This document shows, one piece after another, positions 1-16,284 of a DNA stretch of 64,000 bases. The DNA comes from the human T2T-CHM13v2.0 reference genome, Homo sapiens: the NCBI RefSeq assembly GCF_009914755.1, contig NC_060936.1; one strand, 5' to 3'. Below the pieces are notes generated by a model, which did no database searches, was not told the DNA's origin, and saw nothing but the letters and a program-made list of their open reading frames with translations. Within the stretch, counting starts at the first letter, position 1, and each line of letters starts with the position of its first letter. Made by a program: the position numbers and the translations under genes.

Positions 1-309
1 CTAATCATTACAATTCCTATTGGAATGTGGTATTGCTTTTTGTTTATTATGTTTGAAAATATTGTATAATCATTTAGCTCCTTGGTTCTTGAAAGTGGCT
101 GATTAGGAGTATCAAATGAAAATATTTTGGTTATCTCTATAAACATTACACACCACAGACCATCAGTGGTCTTTACTACTGGAAATAGAATCATTAGCAT
201 CTTTAAATATAATTATATTGGAGAGCCAATTCCAGAAACCCAAGAACCAATTCAGGAAACTCATTCTTAAAACTCTGCTCTCCTAGAACCCCACTACCAA
301 TACTAAGTC
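1..309 (-). mobile_element. ERVL (HERVL-type) internal sequence, 5' start, running off the window edge
   Basis: The reverse complement reads ...GGTTCTAGGAGAGCAGAGTTTTAAGAATGAGTTTCCTGAATTGGTTCTTGGGTTTCTGGAATTGGCTCTCC..., like the start of the HERVL internal region. It directly abuts an MLT2 LTR. Confidence 0.8.
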
Positions 310-805
310 TGTATTAGTCAAAGTTCTCCAGAGAAACAAAACCAATAGAATACATAGAGAGATATAAAGAAAGATATTTATTATGAGGTTTTGGCTCATG
401 TGATTAAAGAGGCTGAAAAATCTCATAATCTGCCATCTGCTAGCTGGAGGCCCAAGGAAGCCAGGGATATAATTCTAGTCCAAACCTGAAGGCCAGAGAA
501 CCAAGGGAGCTAATTGTGAAAGTCCTGGTCTATGCTTGAAGGTCTGAGAACCAGGAGAGTCAATGTCCAAAGGCAGATGACGATGATGTCCCAGCTTAAG
601 CAGAGAGAAAATTCCCCCTCCTTTTGTCTCTTCATATCCTCAACAGATAGGATAATGGCCACCTACATTAGTGAGTGTAATCTTCTTTACTCAATCTATT
701 TATTTGCCCAGAATTCAGTCATATATGCACATAGAAGTAATGTTTTAACAGCTATCTGGGCATTCTCTAGCCCAATCAAGTTGCCCCATAATGTTCAGCA
801 TCATA
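310..805 (-). mobile_element. MLT2 (MLT2B-like) LTR, the 5' LTR of the ERVL element
   Basis: Starts TGTATTAGTCAAAGTTCTCCAGAGAAACAAAACCAATAG and ends CCCAATCAAGTTG...CATCATA, the typical reverse-complement MLT2 termini. Confidence 0.85.
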
Positions 806-1524
806 GCTACCAAAAATGTACTTATGGAAAAATATAAGGTCTTAGAAACTTGAGTTTACTTATAGAGAAATTGATTTAAATATGTTAGAAAAATAAGATA
901 TCTAAATCTAGCATATGAATTGCCAAAAACATGTTTGACTAAAGAGTTTGATATCCCCAGTGAGTCCAGTCCAAAATGTTCATAGTTTATCTAACAAAAT
1001 TATCTTCATCTAAATTAAATATGTAAAAGTAAAAATAATGTTCTTGATGAGTCCCAAAAATGACTTCAAAAATATATTTTTTCAATATTTTATTTAGCAA
1101 TGTTATATTTTTTTATGATAGATACTCATTAAATGACAACAGACATTTAAAATATTTCCTCTATGTTGACTTTGTGATAAAAGTACTATCGAGTTCTTAC
1201 ACTAATCTTTTGAAATAGACTTTTCACCATAGTAGTCTATAAGAGAAAACATTGTTTCTTTAAGTCAATCACAAATTTACCTGCATCCTACACATCAAAC
1301 TTTAAAACATTTTGTAATTTCAATAGCTTTATAATTTACACCTAAAATCTTCTCATCTGAAAAAAACAAATCTTTATTTGTTTTCAGGAGCATCTTCTCA
1401 TACTTTATATTCAGAGATGATACTATGTGCAATAGTGTCATCAGAACTATAAGTTACTATTTATACTATAAAATTTTCATTGATTTCATTGATTCATTCA
1501 TATATTTTCCAGTTGTTCATGTGA

Positions 1525-2615
1525 CAAAGATCCAAAAGCAATTGCAACAAAAGCAAAAATGGACAAAAGGGACCTCATTAAACTAAAGAGCTTCTGCACG
1601 GCAAAAGAAACTATCAACAGAGTAAAAAGACAACTTACTAAATGGGAGAAAATGTTTGCAAACTATGCATCTGACAAAGATTTAATATTCAGAATCTATA
1701 AGGAATGTAAACAACGTAACAAGCAAAATACAAACAATCCCATAAAAACATGGGCAAAGGACATGAACAGACACTTTCAAAAGAAGACATACACACAGCC
1801 AACAAGCATATGAAAAAATGCTCAACATCACTGATCATTACAGAAATGCATATCAACACCATAATGAGATACTATCTCAAACTAGTCAGAGAGACTATCA
1901 TTAAAAAGCCAAAAATTAACAGATACTGGCAAAGTTACCAAGAAAAGGGGGTGCTTATACAATGCTGGTGGGAACATAAATTAGTTCAGCCATTGTGGAA
2001 AGCAGTGTGACAATTTCTTAAGGAATTTAAACAGAATTACCATTCAACCCAGCAATCCCATTATTGGGTATATACCTGAAGGAATATAAATCATTTTATC
2101 ATAAAGACACATGCACATCTATGTTCAGCACAGCACTATTCACAATAGCAAAGACATGGAATCAACCTAAATGCTAATCAATGGTAGACTAGATAAAGAA
2201 AATGTAATACATATACAACATGGAATACTATGCACTCATAAAAAAGATTGAGATCATGTCCTTTGCGGTAGTAATACGGTTGGAGATAGAGGCCATTATC
2301 CTAGAATTATCCTATCCTAATCATATCCTCCTGTGAATTAACACAGGAGCAGAAAACCATATATGCATGTTCTTACTAAAAAGTGAAAGATAAACATTGA
2401 GTACAATTGGACAAAAAGAAGACAACAATAGACAATATGCCTCAGGGCATACTTGAGAGTGGAGGGTGTGGATTGAAAAATTACCTATTGGGCACTATGC
2501 TTATTACTTGGGTGATGAAATAATCTGTACACTGAACCCCTGTGACATACAATTTATCTGTATAACAAATATGCACATGTACACCTGAATCTAAAATAAA
2601 AGTTAAAGAAAAGAA
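1525..2615 (+). mobile_element. 5'-truncated LINE-1 3' end (older L1PA, about L1PA13-16)
   Basis: ORF2 C-terminal peptides ([29 protein letters not shown]), the L1 3' UTR and an A-rich end. Confidence 0.9.
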
Positions 2616-3159
2616 GTAGAATTATCTTATACGTATCCTAAATGTATGCTTGTTTGCAAATAATTTAATGTAATTTTTATCTATTTTAATTTTTAATGTT
2701 AATGTTTTATATTTAAACATCTAGTCCACACATAAAATTGCATTCATGTATAATATTTTTAATAATGTAAATGCAAAAGGTGTGTGATTTATTTTAAGAA
2801 AGACGTTGTATTATCATTACCATGTGTGCATCAGAGAATGGATTAAGAATAATGCCATTTTCTATATAGATGTTTAATACATAACATACAGAAAAAAATA
2901 AAAGTTTTAAAATATAATCAAAAAACAAATCTGTTCTCTACTTTCTGTAAGAACAGCAGTTTGTTAATATGTTCAGTTTCTTCTACAGTTATTGGTCTTG
3001 TTTTCTATATTTTATACCAGATATTGCATTACAGATTTTTAAAGGAAATAATTCAATTTCATTAAGATTTCAAATTAAGTTTCTGTAAATGCATAGGATT
3101 TTCTCATTCGTCCTCAAATTTATTGTTTTACATACTTTATTTTATTCTTTGTACTGTTG

Positions 3160-3755
3160 TGTATCTCTATTAGTTTTCTACTGGTGTGCATCAAAATGCC
3201 ACAAAATTAGCAGCATAAAACTACACCCATTTATTAACTTTTATTTGTTAGAAGTCTAGTACAGCATAATTGGCTGTCTGCTAAGATTATCACAAGGTTG
3301 ATATTATGACATTAGTTGGGCTGAGGTCTTTGAAGACTAGGGAAAAATCCACTTTCAAGCTAATTTTTTTGATGGAATATTTAGTTCCTTATAGCTGCAT
3401 GACTGAATTTATTTTTTTCTATCTGGCTGCTAGCCAGAAGCAACTCTCATGTCCTACAAGCTGCCTACCACCTTGTCACATAGCCTTCTCCATCTTTAAA
3501 ACATTGAATACTTCTCATGCTTAGAATCTCAGACTTCCTCTTCTGTGACCAATCAGCAGAAGCTGTTTTGAAAGGGCTCATGTGATTAGGTCAGATCCAC
3601 CTGAATAACCTCCCTATGTCAAAGTCAACTGTGCCAAATGACATAAACTAATTACAGAAATTAAATCCATCCTATTCACTCTGCCCTGTATTATGCAGGG
3701 CATGTACAATAGAGATGAGATTTCTTGGGAGCCATTTTAGAACTTTCTCTATCAT
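3160..3755 (-). mobile_element. MLT1 (MaLR, MLT1F/G-like) solo LTR
   Basis: Degenerate MLT1 motifs such as AAATCCACTTTCAAGCT, GGGCTCATGTGATTAGGTCAGATCCACC and TTGGGAGCCATTTTAGAA. Confidence 0.65.
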
Positions 3756-4668
3756 AGTATCAAAATTGCTTCTCAGACACATTTTTATATAGTACAGATA
3801 AATGGAGTCCCAATTCATTCATATAACTAATGTGGATACTTGAGATTTGTTCAATCATTAAGCCACACCTACTCCTACATCTGAGCAAATTTTTATAAAT
3901 AATTGAAATAAAATTATTTCTCACCAAATATTTTTAAAGAATAATCTTCACTTTTTATTCCCATTGACAGAATGTTTGCTCAGACTCTACCAGCTCTGAG
4001 CAGACTGCACTTGCCTCTCCCTGTTTATACCACCAGCTTCTTCTTATTTCAAACCATTTTTCAGATTGCCATTGATGCTAGTTTCTAGAAACAAGATTGA
4101 ATAATTTCATCTCCATTATTAAAAATATATTTTATTTCCCTTCTTTCCATATGATAAATTTCAAACTCCTTGATTCATTGATATAAATGTGCAAAGGCAG
4201 CAGCCAGTGCAAAATAACTGTCTGGATTATAACAGGTATTTGATACATATTTGTTTGCTGAATTACTGAAAAAGTTAATTTATAGAATTTTCTCATTTTA
4301 TTTTCTAAGCTGAAACTTCCCTTATTTTACCTCTGTCTGTGTTAAGAAGACATTAAATGTCTCACCTTTCACAGAATGCAGAGCCTTTTAACACATTTTT
4401 TTATCTTGACACATATTCTTAGCTATTCCTGTAAAGCCTTTTCTCACTTTCTCTGTCTCATTTTTTAAGATCCATCCCAAATGTTTCCTCCAGTGTGGAC
4501 TCTTTTATGATACCCCCAAATATTTCAGAATTCTTCTATTTCTCTCATGTTAATGACCTTATGAAGTTATAAATTGTATAATCATGTTAGAAAAGAAGTC
4601 CTGTCATGTGACCGTGTGCTTGGTACTTTGTAAGGCTATAATGCATTTTTGAAAAGATTGTGGGCTGA

Positions 4669-5076
<408 letters not shown>

Positions 5077-5669
5077 TTAAGTTCTGGACTCACTGAATGA
5101 TAAAAAGGAGGTGATATCTACTTAAGGGAAGAAATTGCAGCCTAGGATATGCGTGGAATAATACTACTGCAGATGGGTAAGATCAGCACTAAGAATGATC
5201 CACGCCTCTAGGGAGTGGTGACCAGAGTGGGAGAGGACTAGATAGAATAAGTGAACTCTGCAGCAGCTGATGTGTTGTAACTTCACCCTGGGCCCCTAGT
5301 AGTAACAATGGAATCAACTTTCAAGCAAAATAGGGAAGTTGGGATATACTAGCAACTGATGACATCTGGGAAGATAAAGGGGCACAAATGTCAGAAAACA
5401 AGTTACCACTGAGATGCTTTATCAAATACCAACAAAGAGAATTCACTTCCTACCAGAGAGTCAAATTTCTCAATATGACTATTACTGATAACCCCTGATT
5501 TTATGTGAATGAAATAATACTATGGAGTCTGTCTTTCAAATTTTTTTTCTTTCCATGTCAAAAATATTAAAATTATAGAAAAATATTATTTTAAATGAAC
5601 ACAAAATGATAAACACAACAACTTATATAAGACAAAAAAATTAGAAATACATTGATGTGTTAGATACAT

Positions 5670-6150
5670 TCTAGTGGATTAAAAAGTGGCTTCTCAGAAG
5701 ATCCATATTCTAACACCTGAGCCCTGTGGATGTTACCTTATGTGGTAAATAATGGTCTTCACAGATGTGATTAAGGATGTTGAGATGAGGAGATTATTTT
5801 GGACTCCAAATGCAATCACATGTGTCTTTATGTAGAGGACATTAGGAGAGTTAACATACACAGAGAAGGTGATACGAAGATGCAGTCCAGAAAGACTTGA
5901 ATATGCTCTTCTAGATAACTTGAGTGATGTGGCCAGAGTCAAGGAATGCTGCAACTATCAGCATTTGGAAGAAGAAACGTTGGATTCTCCCCTAGAGCCT
6001 CTGGAGAGAATGTGGCCCTGTTGAAATCTTGGTTTTGGCCCAGTAATACTGATTTTGGATGTCTGGCTTCTAGAATTGTGAATGAATACGCTTCTGTTGT
6101 TTAAGACATTGAATCTGTGATCATTACAGCAGCCACAGGAAATCAATACA
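5670..6150 (+). mobile_element. MLT1 (MLT1C/D-like) solo LTR
   Basis: GATGTTACCTTATGTGG...CAGATGTGATTAAGGATGTTGAGATG...GGATTCTCCCCTAGAGCCT...CAGCAGCCACAGGAAATCAATACA. Confidence 0.8.
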
Positions 6151-6304
6151 CATGGAATGAAGAAAGCAACAGATAAACGAGGTAAACAAGGAGAAAAATT
6201 GTTTTATACATTTTGACGTAGATATGAGATTGGTAGTGATTCTGGAGAAATTCTGGTTTTATGACAATCTCATGTTCTCACAGCTAAGACTTTCCAATTA
6301 TGAT

Positions 6305-6673
6305 TGTCTTAGCATGTTTTCTGTTGCTTATAACAGAATACCTGAAACTGGGTAATTTATAAAGAAAACAAATTTATTTCCTACAGTTATGGAGGCTGAG
6401 AAGTCTAAGGTTGAGGGACTGCGTCTGGTGAGGGTCTTCTTGCTAATGGAGACCTTCTGCAAATTCTCAAGGCAGCACAGGGCATCACATGATGAAGGGG
6501 CTAAAGCCACTAATGCTACTCACTCCCACAATAACTCATTAATAAATAAATCCATGAATGGATTAATCCAATTGTCCCAATCACCTCTTAACAGCCCTAC
6601 CTCTCAATATCGCCACATTGGGGACTAAATTTCAACATGAGTTTGGGAGGGGACAAATATTTAAACCATAGAA
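6305..6673 (-). mobile_element. MST-family MaLR solo LTR
   Basis: TGTCTTAG...TTTCTGTTGCTTATAACAGAATACCTGAAACTGGGTAATTTATAAAG start and CAACATGAGTTTGGGAGGGGACAAATATTTAAACCATAG end. Confidence 0.85.
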
Positions 6674-7001
6674 CTAATTATTTTTGATTCAGTAAATTCT
6701 TAAATAGAATAATTAAGTCAGAGAGAGAGAAGGAATGGACCGGCTAAAGTAGAGAGTTTTGAAGGGTAAGAACAGGTAATTTAAAATTACAGTGGAAAAC
6801 AAAACCATATGAAGTAATTATGAAACTGCAATGTAAAATCTCTTTTAGTATTTAGGGACATACAAGCATTCTAATGGCATCATCCAAATATGTTAATATC
6901 AGTAAAATCTTTTCGTATTCAAGAAGTACTTGAAGAAATACGGCCAAAAGATTACAACCCCCACATAGTAGCTCAGGAACCCATTTAAAAACGAATCATG
7001 T

Positions 7002-8134
<1,133 letters not shown>

Positions 8135-8529
8135 CCCTTTGTCTTCTTAATCTTGCATTGGAGCCAGTCATTTTCTCTCAATACAAAATTCTTTATTTTT
8201 TCTTTAAAGATACTATAAGATACCATCATTGTTGGTTTTCTGACACCAAAGTTCCGGACAATCTAGATCAAATTACTGTCAGTTGAGGATTTAAAGGCAT
8301 GCATTCTTAATACCAATTTATTCACATAAACTTCTCTTTACTGAGAGTGCCTGCTGTGGCTCTGCAAAGTAAGTTATTTTAAAAATTAACTTCAAAATTG
8401 AAAGATTTTAGGGAAAAACTTTTGAACCTAGATTCTTAGATATTTGCCACAAAGCTTAAGACTTTGATCTCCAAGTCCTCTCCTGCAGAATAAACTTTCT
8501 ATATTTAAATATCATCTTTCAACTTAGTC

Positions 8530-9173
8530 ACATTTCATTTGTTTATTCAGAGTACCAGCTATATGCTAAGCCCCATTCAAAGATCTTAGGCTATAGATGC
8601 AAATAAAACAAAAACCCTGCCCTTAGAAAGATTACATCGTAGTGAATTAAGACAATCAATCATCAAATAAACAAGTAAGTATGTATTACATAAAATGGAT
8701 GTGAGTGTAATAGAATAAAAAAATCTAAGTGACAAGCAATAAAATAAATTCAGGGGTCATGATAATGCTATTTAATACCAGGTGTTCAGAGAAATACTTA
8801 TCTTCATGATGGGTAGACTCCTGGAGGAAGTAAGGATATAATTCATTCACATATGTCAAGAAATAACATTCTAGGTGGAGGGAATAGCCAGTGTAAAGTC
8901 TCTGAGTGTACCACACAGGGTCTGGCATGTAAGTAGCAAGAAGGTCAGTGTGAGTAGAGCAATGAAAGTAAAAAAGAGAGTGGTAGCAGATGAAATCAGA
9001 AAGGTAACAAGTAGAACAGACAGGCCATGAAGAGGTTCATAGACTATTTTAAGGGCATCAGCTTTAAGTCTGAGTAAATGGCTAGCCCAGTCACAGGGAG
9101 GATTTGAATAGAGGAGTAACATGATCTGATATATTTCAAATGAGTCATCCCTGCCTGTCATGTTGAGAATATA
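8530..9173 (-). mobile_element. L2 LINE fragment
   Basis: Antisense L2-like text: TTCATTTGTTTATTCAGAGTACCAGCTATATGC, GGAGGGAATAGCCAGTGTAAAG and GGAGTAACATGATCTGATAT. Confidence 0.65.
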
Positions 9174-9575
9174 CTTCCTGTTTCAGTTCAGAAAAATTAT
9201 AAAGATTAAGGATTTCCTAACCAGCCAAAAAATAGTTTCTAATATATAGATAAATATTTGATTGACAAAAAGAATTGTCTCTTGATGAAAATTCATACAA
9301 TTTGATACCTAATTTTCTCTTGATAAAAATATATACAATTTGCTACACAATTCTTAAGCTGAAACACTTGAAGTTTCCAATATTCAACAATTTTTTATTT
9401 GCAGAAAGAAGCAATTTCATATGTTCCAATTAGTAGTTATTAAATTATCTAAAGATAATTTTATGCATATAGATTTTGCTGATCTTAATAATTTTTTTTC
9501 ATAAATGCCCTGCCCTTTACATCTTTGCCTGCATGTCTCTGTTGACAGTTGACTCTGTTAATATTTTTTCTCTAT

Positions 9576-9853
9576 GGCTGGGCATGGTGGCTCACGCCTG
9601 TAATCCCAGCACTTTGGGAGGCCAAGGTGGGTGGATCATGAGGTCCAGAGTTCAAGACCAACCTGGCCAAGATGATGAAACCCCGTCTCTACTAAAAATA
9701 AAAAAAATTAGCCGGGTGTGGTGGTGGGTGCCTGTAATCCCAGCTACTCAGGAGAATCGCTTGAACCCAGGCGGCAGAGGTTGCAGTGAGCCAAGATTGC
9801 GCCACTGCACTGCGGTCTGGGTGACAGAGTGAGACTCCGTCTCAAAAAAAAAA
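9576..9853 (+). mobile_element. AluS (Sg-like) with a short internal deletion
   Basis: Alu dimer with GATCATGAGGTC...GGCCAAGATG. The right arm lacks GGAGGCTGAGGCA near 9750. Confidence 0.93.
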
Positions 9854-11269
9854 GAAATTATTTCTACTTTGCCTCCTCTTTGGACCTATAATACTGAAGT
9901 TTCTAAATGTTGGTGAGAAATATAAGGGTTTAAGTATAGAATGCAATTTATAATAGAATTTAGAACTTCATACAAAAATAGTATTTTCCCCACCAATTAG
10001 AGGAAATGACCAAAACCTCTATTTTTAGGGTCTGCTTAGTTTGCCCTAACTTTTAGATTTCTGACCTTCTTAACATATCCAAAATGCAATAAATGCACCT
10101 TTCTCTCATGTTTAAATGGTTAGTCAGAAATAAATGAATAATGTTTTAATTAAATTTTAATTATGGAATAAAAATTGCTAAAATAACTTACGAGATATTA
10201 AAATTGTGATCATGCAATTGAACCCTTTTGAAATAAAATAGCATGTGGGGAACTTTTTCATAAAAATTCAAAGTTGTATTTATATTTTTTTCTTTTTAAA
10301 CAATTTTTATTTTACCAAGATTAAAATCTATTGTAGAATAAATTATGACCAACAGTGACACATTAGCACAAAATCGGTAGTATGAACAGAATCAGAGAAT
10401 AGAATTGTAGCTTAGCTTTGAGTTAGTGAAAAAAAAAAGTCTTCTAGAATTATATATTCTCTCAAGAGAGCTTGGTTAAAGTATAGTTCATGTTCTTAAA
10501 TGATCAACTATATTTGAAAGAGTAATATCTAAAGGAGAATTTTACTTTCATTGAGTTGAGTTTGCAAAGCATGAAGCAAGATTGCTACACACAAAGGACC
10601 AAGGGGTTCTGTAACATTAACCATGGGTTAGCAATATGTAATCTGAAATATAATATCCTCTGTCATACATGTCAACAAAATGAGTATTAGTGGCCAAATG
10701 TCACAGGGATTTTTTATTGCCTCTAATCTAAGCTTCATTTTGTTGTTGTTTTTTAATAAAATTAATTAAGTTCCCTGACAAGTAGTTTCATGAGACATGC
10801 ACACAAACTAATTAAGCTTGTTTTCTTAGGGATTTATGACTTATGGTTGATCGACTATGTAACTGAATTACATACTAATCTTCTAGGGTTGTAACTCCTG
10901 ACATTTTTGGCTTTACAATATTCCTTTTATCACAAAATATCTTTAGGAATGTATTCACAGAAACTATTACTACTGCCAAAGCACAGATTTAAAATAGCCT
11001 TGGTGTTACAACAATGCTCGGCATTATAACAGTAGAAATGCTTCCTGTGTGAGAGAAGCCCTGTTAGGGCAATACTACCATACATACGGGCCACAAGCAT
11101 CATTAGTCACCCAGCTATTCAAAGGCAGGTACTATGGCTACATACAATTAATAAATGCATTGCAGTGCCTGTGTATATTGCAATATAAAGCCTTCTGGAC
11201 CTGATATCATGGTGTAAAAGTAGCTTGATAATCAAGAGAGGCAAGCTACCTAATGTTTCCAATTATTTA

Positions 11270-11946
<677 letters not shown>

Positions 11947-12790
11947 TCATCTTAAACTTCTACATGCAGAAGCTATAGAAAGCTATTATCCTATACCAAC
12001 AATTTTGTAATAAAACTGCCATGATTTAAAAAGCATTTGATCAAGTTTTTCCTTTCCATTTATATTGTAAAAGTGAACTAAACTTCAGATCATCTGAAAG
12101 ATTACATTTTAAATTACATTCTGCATATGATTTCCCTCTAGTAGTCTTCTGTTTATTAAAATCTAATTTTGTGCTCGCCTGTGGAATATCAACATTTTCT
12201 CATTTGGACCACCAATTATAAACTCCATAGAGATTAGACAGGTTATAGCTATGTAGTTCTCATAAGTATATTATTTATTTGGTTTAGCTCATTAATTAAG
12301 CTCTTAATTCAAAGCTAGCTCTATGTTTTCTGGACCTGTTTGTTTATTTTTAGCACTAAAGGGTCCTTATGCTCTTGTTTCCACATTTTACCATCATTCC
12401 TACTCCCGGTTCTCATCTAAGATATTACCATCAGTTCGTCCTCAGTGAAGAAAAAATAAGACATGTTCCATCTAGCTCGACATATTAGGTCCAAGAAAAA
12501 GTTCTCTGCTCCCAGTTACAAAAACCCTGACCTGGTAATCAATCTTCTGGATTAAGCTTAAAGATCTATAGCTAAATTTATGCTTTTTAGTCCTAGACTT
12601 CGTGGGACAAAGAAGAAAATACATTAAGTGTCTGGAGGTATGTGTCTCTCCAATATTTTTAAGGTACTTTCAGCTAAGCAAGAGACAACTCTAAAAATAA
12701 ATTATAAAATAAAAATTTGATTTCACTTTTTTATATTGCAGGTTAAAATTTTGATACACATTTTTGTACCACTAATAAACAGAAAAGGAA

Positions 12791-13045
12791 AGCTGGGGAG
12801 GAAGGATCACTCTAGGCCAGGAGTTCAAGACCAGCCTGGGCAACATAGCAAGGCTCTGTCTTTAATTATTATTATTACTTTTTCAATTCGCCAAGTCCAG
12901 TGGCTGCTACCTGTAGTCCTAGCTCCTCGGGGGGCTAAGGCAGGATTGTTTGAGTGCAGAATTTCAAGACTGCATTGAGCTTAATGTACCACTGCATTCC
13001 AGCCTAGGTGACAAAGCAAGATCCTGTCTCTAAAAGCAAAAATAA
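12791..13045 (+). mobile_element. 5'-truncated AluJ
   Basis: GGATCACTCTAGGCCAGGAGTTCAAGACCAGCCTGGGCAACATAGC...CCAGCCTAGGTGACAAAGCAAGATCCTGTCTC. Confidence 0.85.
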
Positions 13046-14104
13046 AGAAACAGAAAACAGGAGTATGTAAGCTTACTTCTAGTGAAGTGTTAAAAGATTA
13101 AATGCTCCTGCTGTTTCAGCTTCTAGATCAATAAAGAAGAAAGTGTTCAACAGAAAGCCTAGCTGAGCCACCACCACCAGTCATGTAGTGTGGAGTAATA
13201 CATGCAAGGAGAGGTCACATGAGTGTGCCCTCCCCCTGCTATACACACATGGCCAGTCAGAACCACCTGCTGTGCCACTAACCATTTGCTTTTCATAAAA
13301 ATTGTGGTAAGATATACATAACATAAACTTTACCATTTTAACTATTTTCAAATTTGCTTCAATAGGCTTTTATTTCCATGATACAGATTATGGGGGCTTA
13401 CAGTTTTTGATTCATAAGAAGCATCTCTCTGAACTGAATTAAATCCCTGCTTCCCTTTCTATCTAATGCTAAGAAGCTGTATGCAGAATCACAAAGCACT
13501 GAATAGTCACTGCACACTCACATAAGTCATAACTTTAACCAACATAAAAATCTGCTAATGATTAGAGGAGGATACAAGCCAACAGTAGGCCTGTGTGCCT
13601 ACGAATGCAGCATCAAAGCACTGGGCTCTCAAAGGGATCTAAGCCACCAGATCTAGCTTCAAAAGAGAGTTATTCTTTCTGCCCTAAGACGTCTTTGGTT
13701 TCAGAGTAACAGATGAGATCTAATGATGTGTGTAGTACAACTTAAAGAAAAGAAAGGTGTTCTGATTTGAGCTTCTTGGTGTCTATACTTCATTATTTAC
13801 TCAGGTTGAAACATGACTACTTTTGTTCTTCAACCAGCTGTATCCCATAAGGTCATAATTCCAGTTTTATTTATAATAAGTAACCTAGCTATGCCAAATA
13901 TATCCTGCTTAAAATATTGTTAGATTTCAAGTTCCCTGAATATCTCCATGCTAAGAATTGACATTACAGTGTTTACAAGGAGGCCTAGTCAAAGTCAAGA
14001 GTGCCGCTTACATCCCTGAGGAGTGGAGAGCAAGTTACAGAGCTGTTGCCCACACTTCCCTTCCCATAGTATCACATGGAACTCACATCTCCATTCTCTG
14101 TCAT

Positions 14105-14260
14105 CAGAGTCTCTGCATTCAAATCAAGCTCTACCACTTACTATAAGCTGTGCAACTTTGGGCAAGTTGCATAATTTCTGAAATCCTTAGTGTTTTATTT
14201 GTGAAGGGAGTTTAATATTTAGTTTATAAAGTTATTCATGATTTAAATAAGTCAATCTTG
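14105..14260 (+). mobile_element. MIR fragment
   Basis: MIR core TTCAAATCAAGCTCTACCACTTACT...CTGTGCAACTTTGGGCAAGTT. Confidence 0.7.
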
Positions 14261-15744
14261 CAACACCAATTATCCTCTAAATTTCACCAGGTACCTACAC
14301 ATACAGTAATCTTCTAGATGCAACAGTGTCTTAATCTGTTTTCTGTTGCTGTAACAAAATAGCTGATACTGGGTAATTAATAAAGGGAATAGGTTTATTT
14401 AGCACATTATGCTGGAGATTTGCAGATCCACAATTGGGTAGCCACATCTAGTTGGCTCCTGGTGGGGGCCTCATGCTGTACTGTAATACAGCCGAGAAGC
14501 AGAAGAAGCAACTGAGTTCAAAGAGAGTAAACACCAGAAGCAGCCTCACTTTATAACAAGCAGTCTTCCAGTAACTAATCTAGTCCCATGAGAGTGAGAA
14601 TTCACTCCCAGGATAAAGGCATTAACTTCTCCTGATGACCTCACCTCGAAAAGGCACCACCTCCCAACACTGCCGCGTAGGGGATCACACCTCAACATGA
14701 GTTTGGGTGGGGACTGACCATATTTAAACCACAGGACTCTGCCTCTGGTTTCCCAAAACTAATTTCCTTCTCACAATAAGAAACACCATCATTCCATCCC
14801 TATAATCTCAAAAGTCTTAGCTCATTCTAGCACCAACTAAAAAAATCCAAAGTCCAGTTTTGAGCCTGTGAAATCAAAACAAGTTATTTATTTTCGAAGG
14901 GAGCCAGTCATATCCCAAACAGTTCCAAACATCATAATCCCAAATATTGAAATCTTAAAAGATGAAAATCCTTGAAGTCTAACATCCTAAAATCACAATG
15001 CTGAAAGATCAAAATCCTGAAAATATGATTATGGAAAAAATAATTTTTAACATTATTGGAAAAATATTTATTTGCCTTTTTAAAAGGGAATTTATTTGAG
15101 AAACATATAAAAACCTGACAACAATTTATAGGCCACTTTATGCAATAAAACAGGCAATAATAACAAATATTTTTCCAAGCATAAACACTCAGGTATACTA
15201 ACAGTCACACGGGTATAACAGTTACAAGCAGATAGCCTGTGTTCATAAAGAAATAGGTCAAAAAGCTGAATGTATAAATACAGATTGTGATGATTGGTAA
15301 TTTTGTGCACTCAGTTTTATAACCACAGCATCTGAAATATTGTGACAAACAACATAAGTATTTTAACAAGATCAATCAAAAATTGGGATGGGTCACCACT
15401 GCATCACCACCACACTAGTTGCCCGAAGTACCAAGATCTTGAGAAATGTTATCTTTCACAAATGCAAATGTAGAAAAAGGACATCTCTTCTTTTACTGAA
15501 AATGTTTAAGCATTTCTACATATATGCACAATGCTTATACACACAGTCAACTTGCAATAATGCACTTTCATGGAGTCGCATTTGCAGAAAAATACACAAA
15601 ATACATTAGAACTCCCTACAAGTCTTCACACAACTATACCTCCAGTATTGAAAGTAATGCAAAGATGAAATACATAGCATAATGAATTGTTTAAAAAAAA
15701 AGAAAATACTGACAATTTAAAAGTTTTTTAAAAAAACTAACATT

Positions 15745-16140
15745 AAAATGTGGTGTATATATGCACCATGAAATACACTGCAGCCATTAAAAAGAATGAG
15801 ATCCTGTCTATTGCAGGAACATGGATGGAGCTAAAAGCCATTATCCTTAGCAAACTAACACAGGAACAGAAAACCAAACATTCCATATTCTCACTTGTAA
15901 GTGAGAGCTAAGTTATGAAAACACATGGGCAGAAAGAGGGGAACAATAGACACTGGGGCCTACCTGAGGGTGGATAGTGGGAGGAAGGGGAGGAGCAGAA
16001 AAACTATTTATACTAGGCTTAGCACCTGGGTAACAAAATTATCTGTACAACAAACCCCCATGACACAAGTTTACTTATATAACAAACCTGCACATGTACC
16101 CTTGAACCTAAAAGTTTTTAAAAAAGAAAAACTAAAAAAA
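15745..16140 (+). mobile_element. LINE-1 3' end fragment (older L1PA) inserted in the MULE
   Basis: AAAATGTGGTG...CAAACTAACACAGGAACAGAAAACCAAA...CCTGCACATGTACCCTTGAACCTAAAA followed by an A-rich tail. AAAAACTAA is present on both sides. Confidence 0.88.
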
Positions 16141-16284
16141 GAAAAGAAGAAAAAAATTGGCATATGAAAAAATGTGTTACAGTTATAGATTATGGGGGAT
16201 TACGTGGAGATAGTCCATAAAAGCTGGCCAACTTTCATGATCATTAACCATATTTTGAAGGCTTGAATTAAAATAAATATCTCC

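Noticed and set aside
1-805. ERVL/MLT2 piece as cargo of the Ricksha element
   Set aside because: It is 14 kb away, outside the TIRs, and is a 5' LTR plus internal start, so it is an independent provirus.
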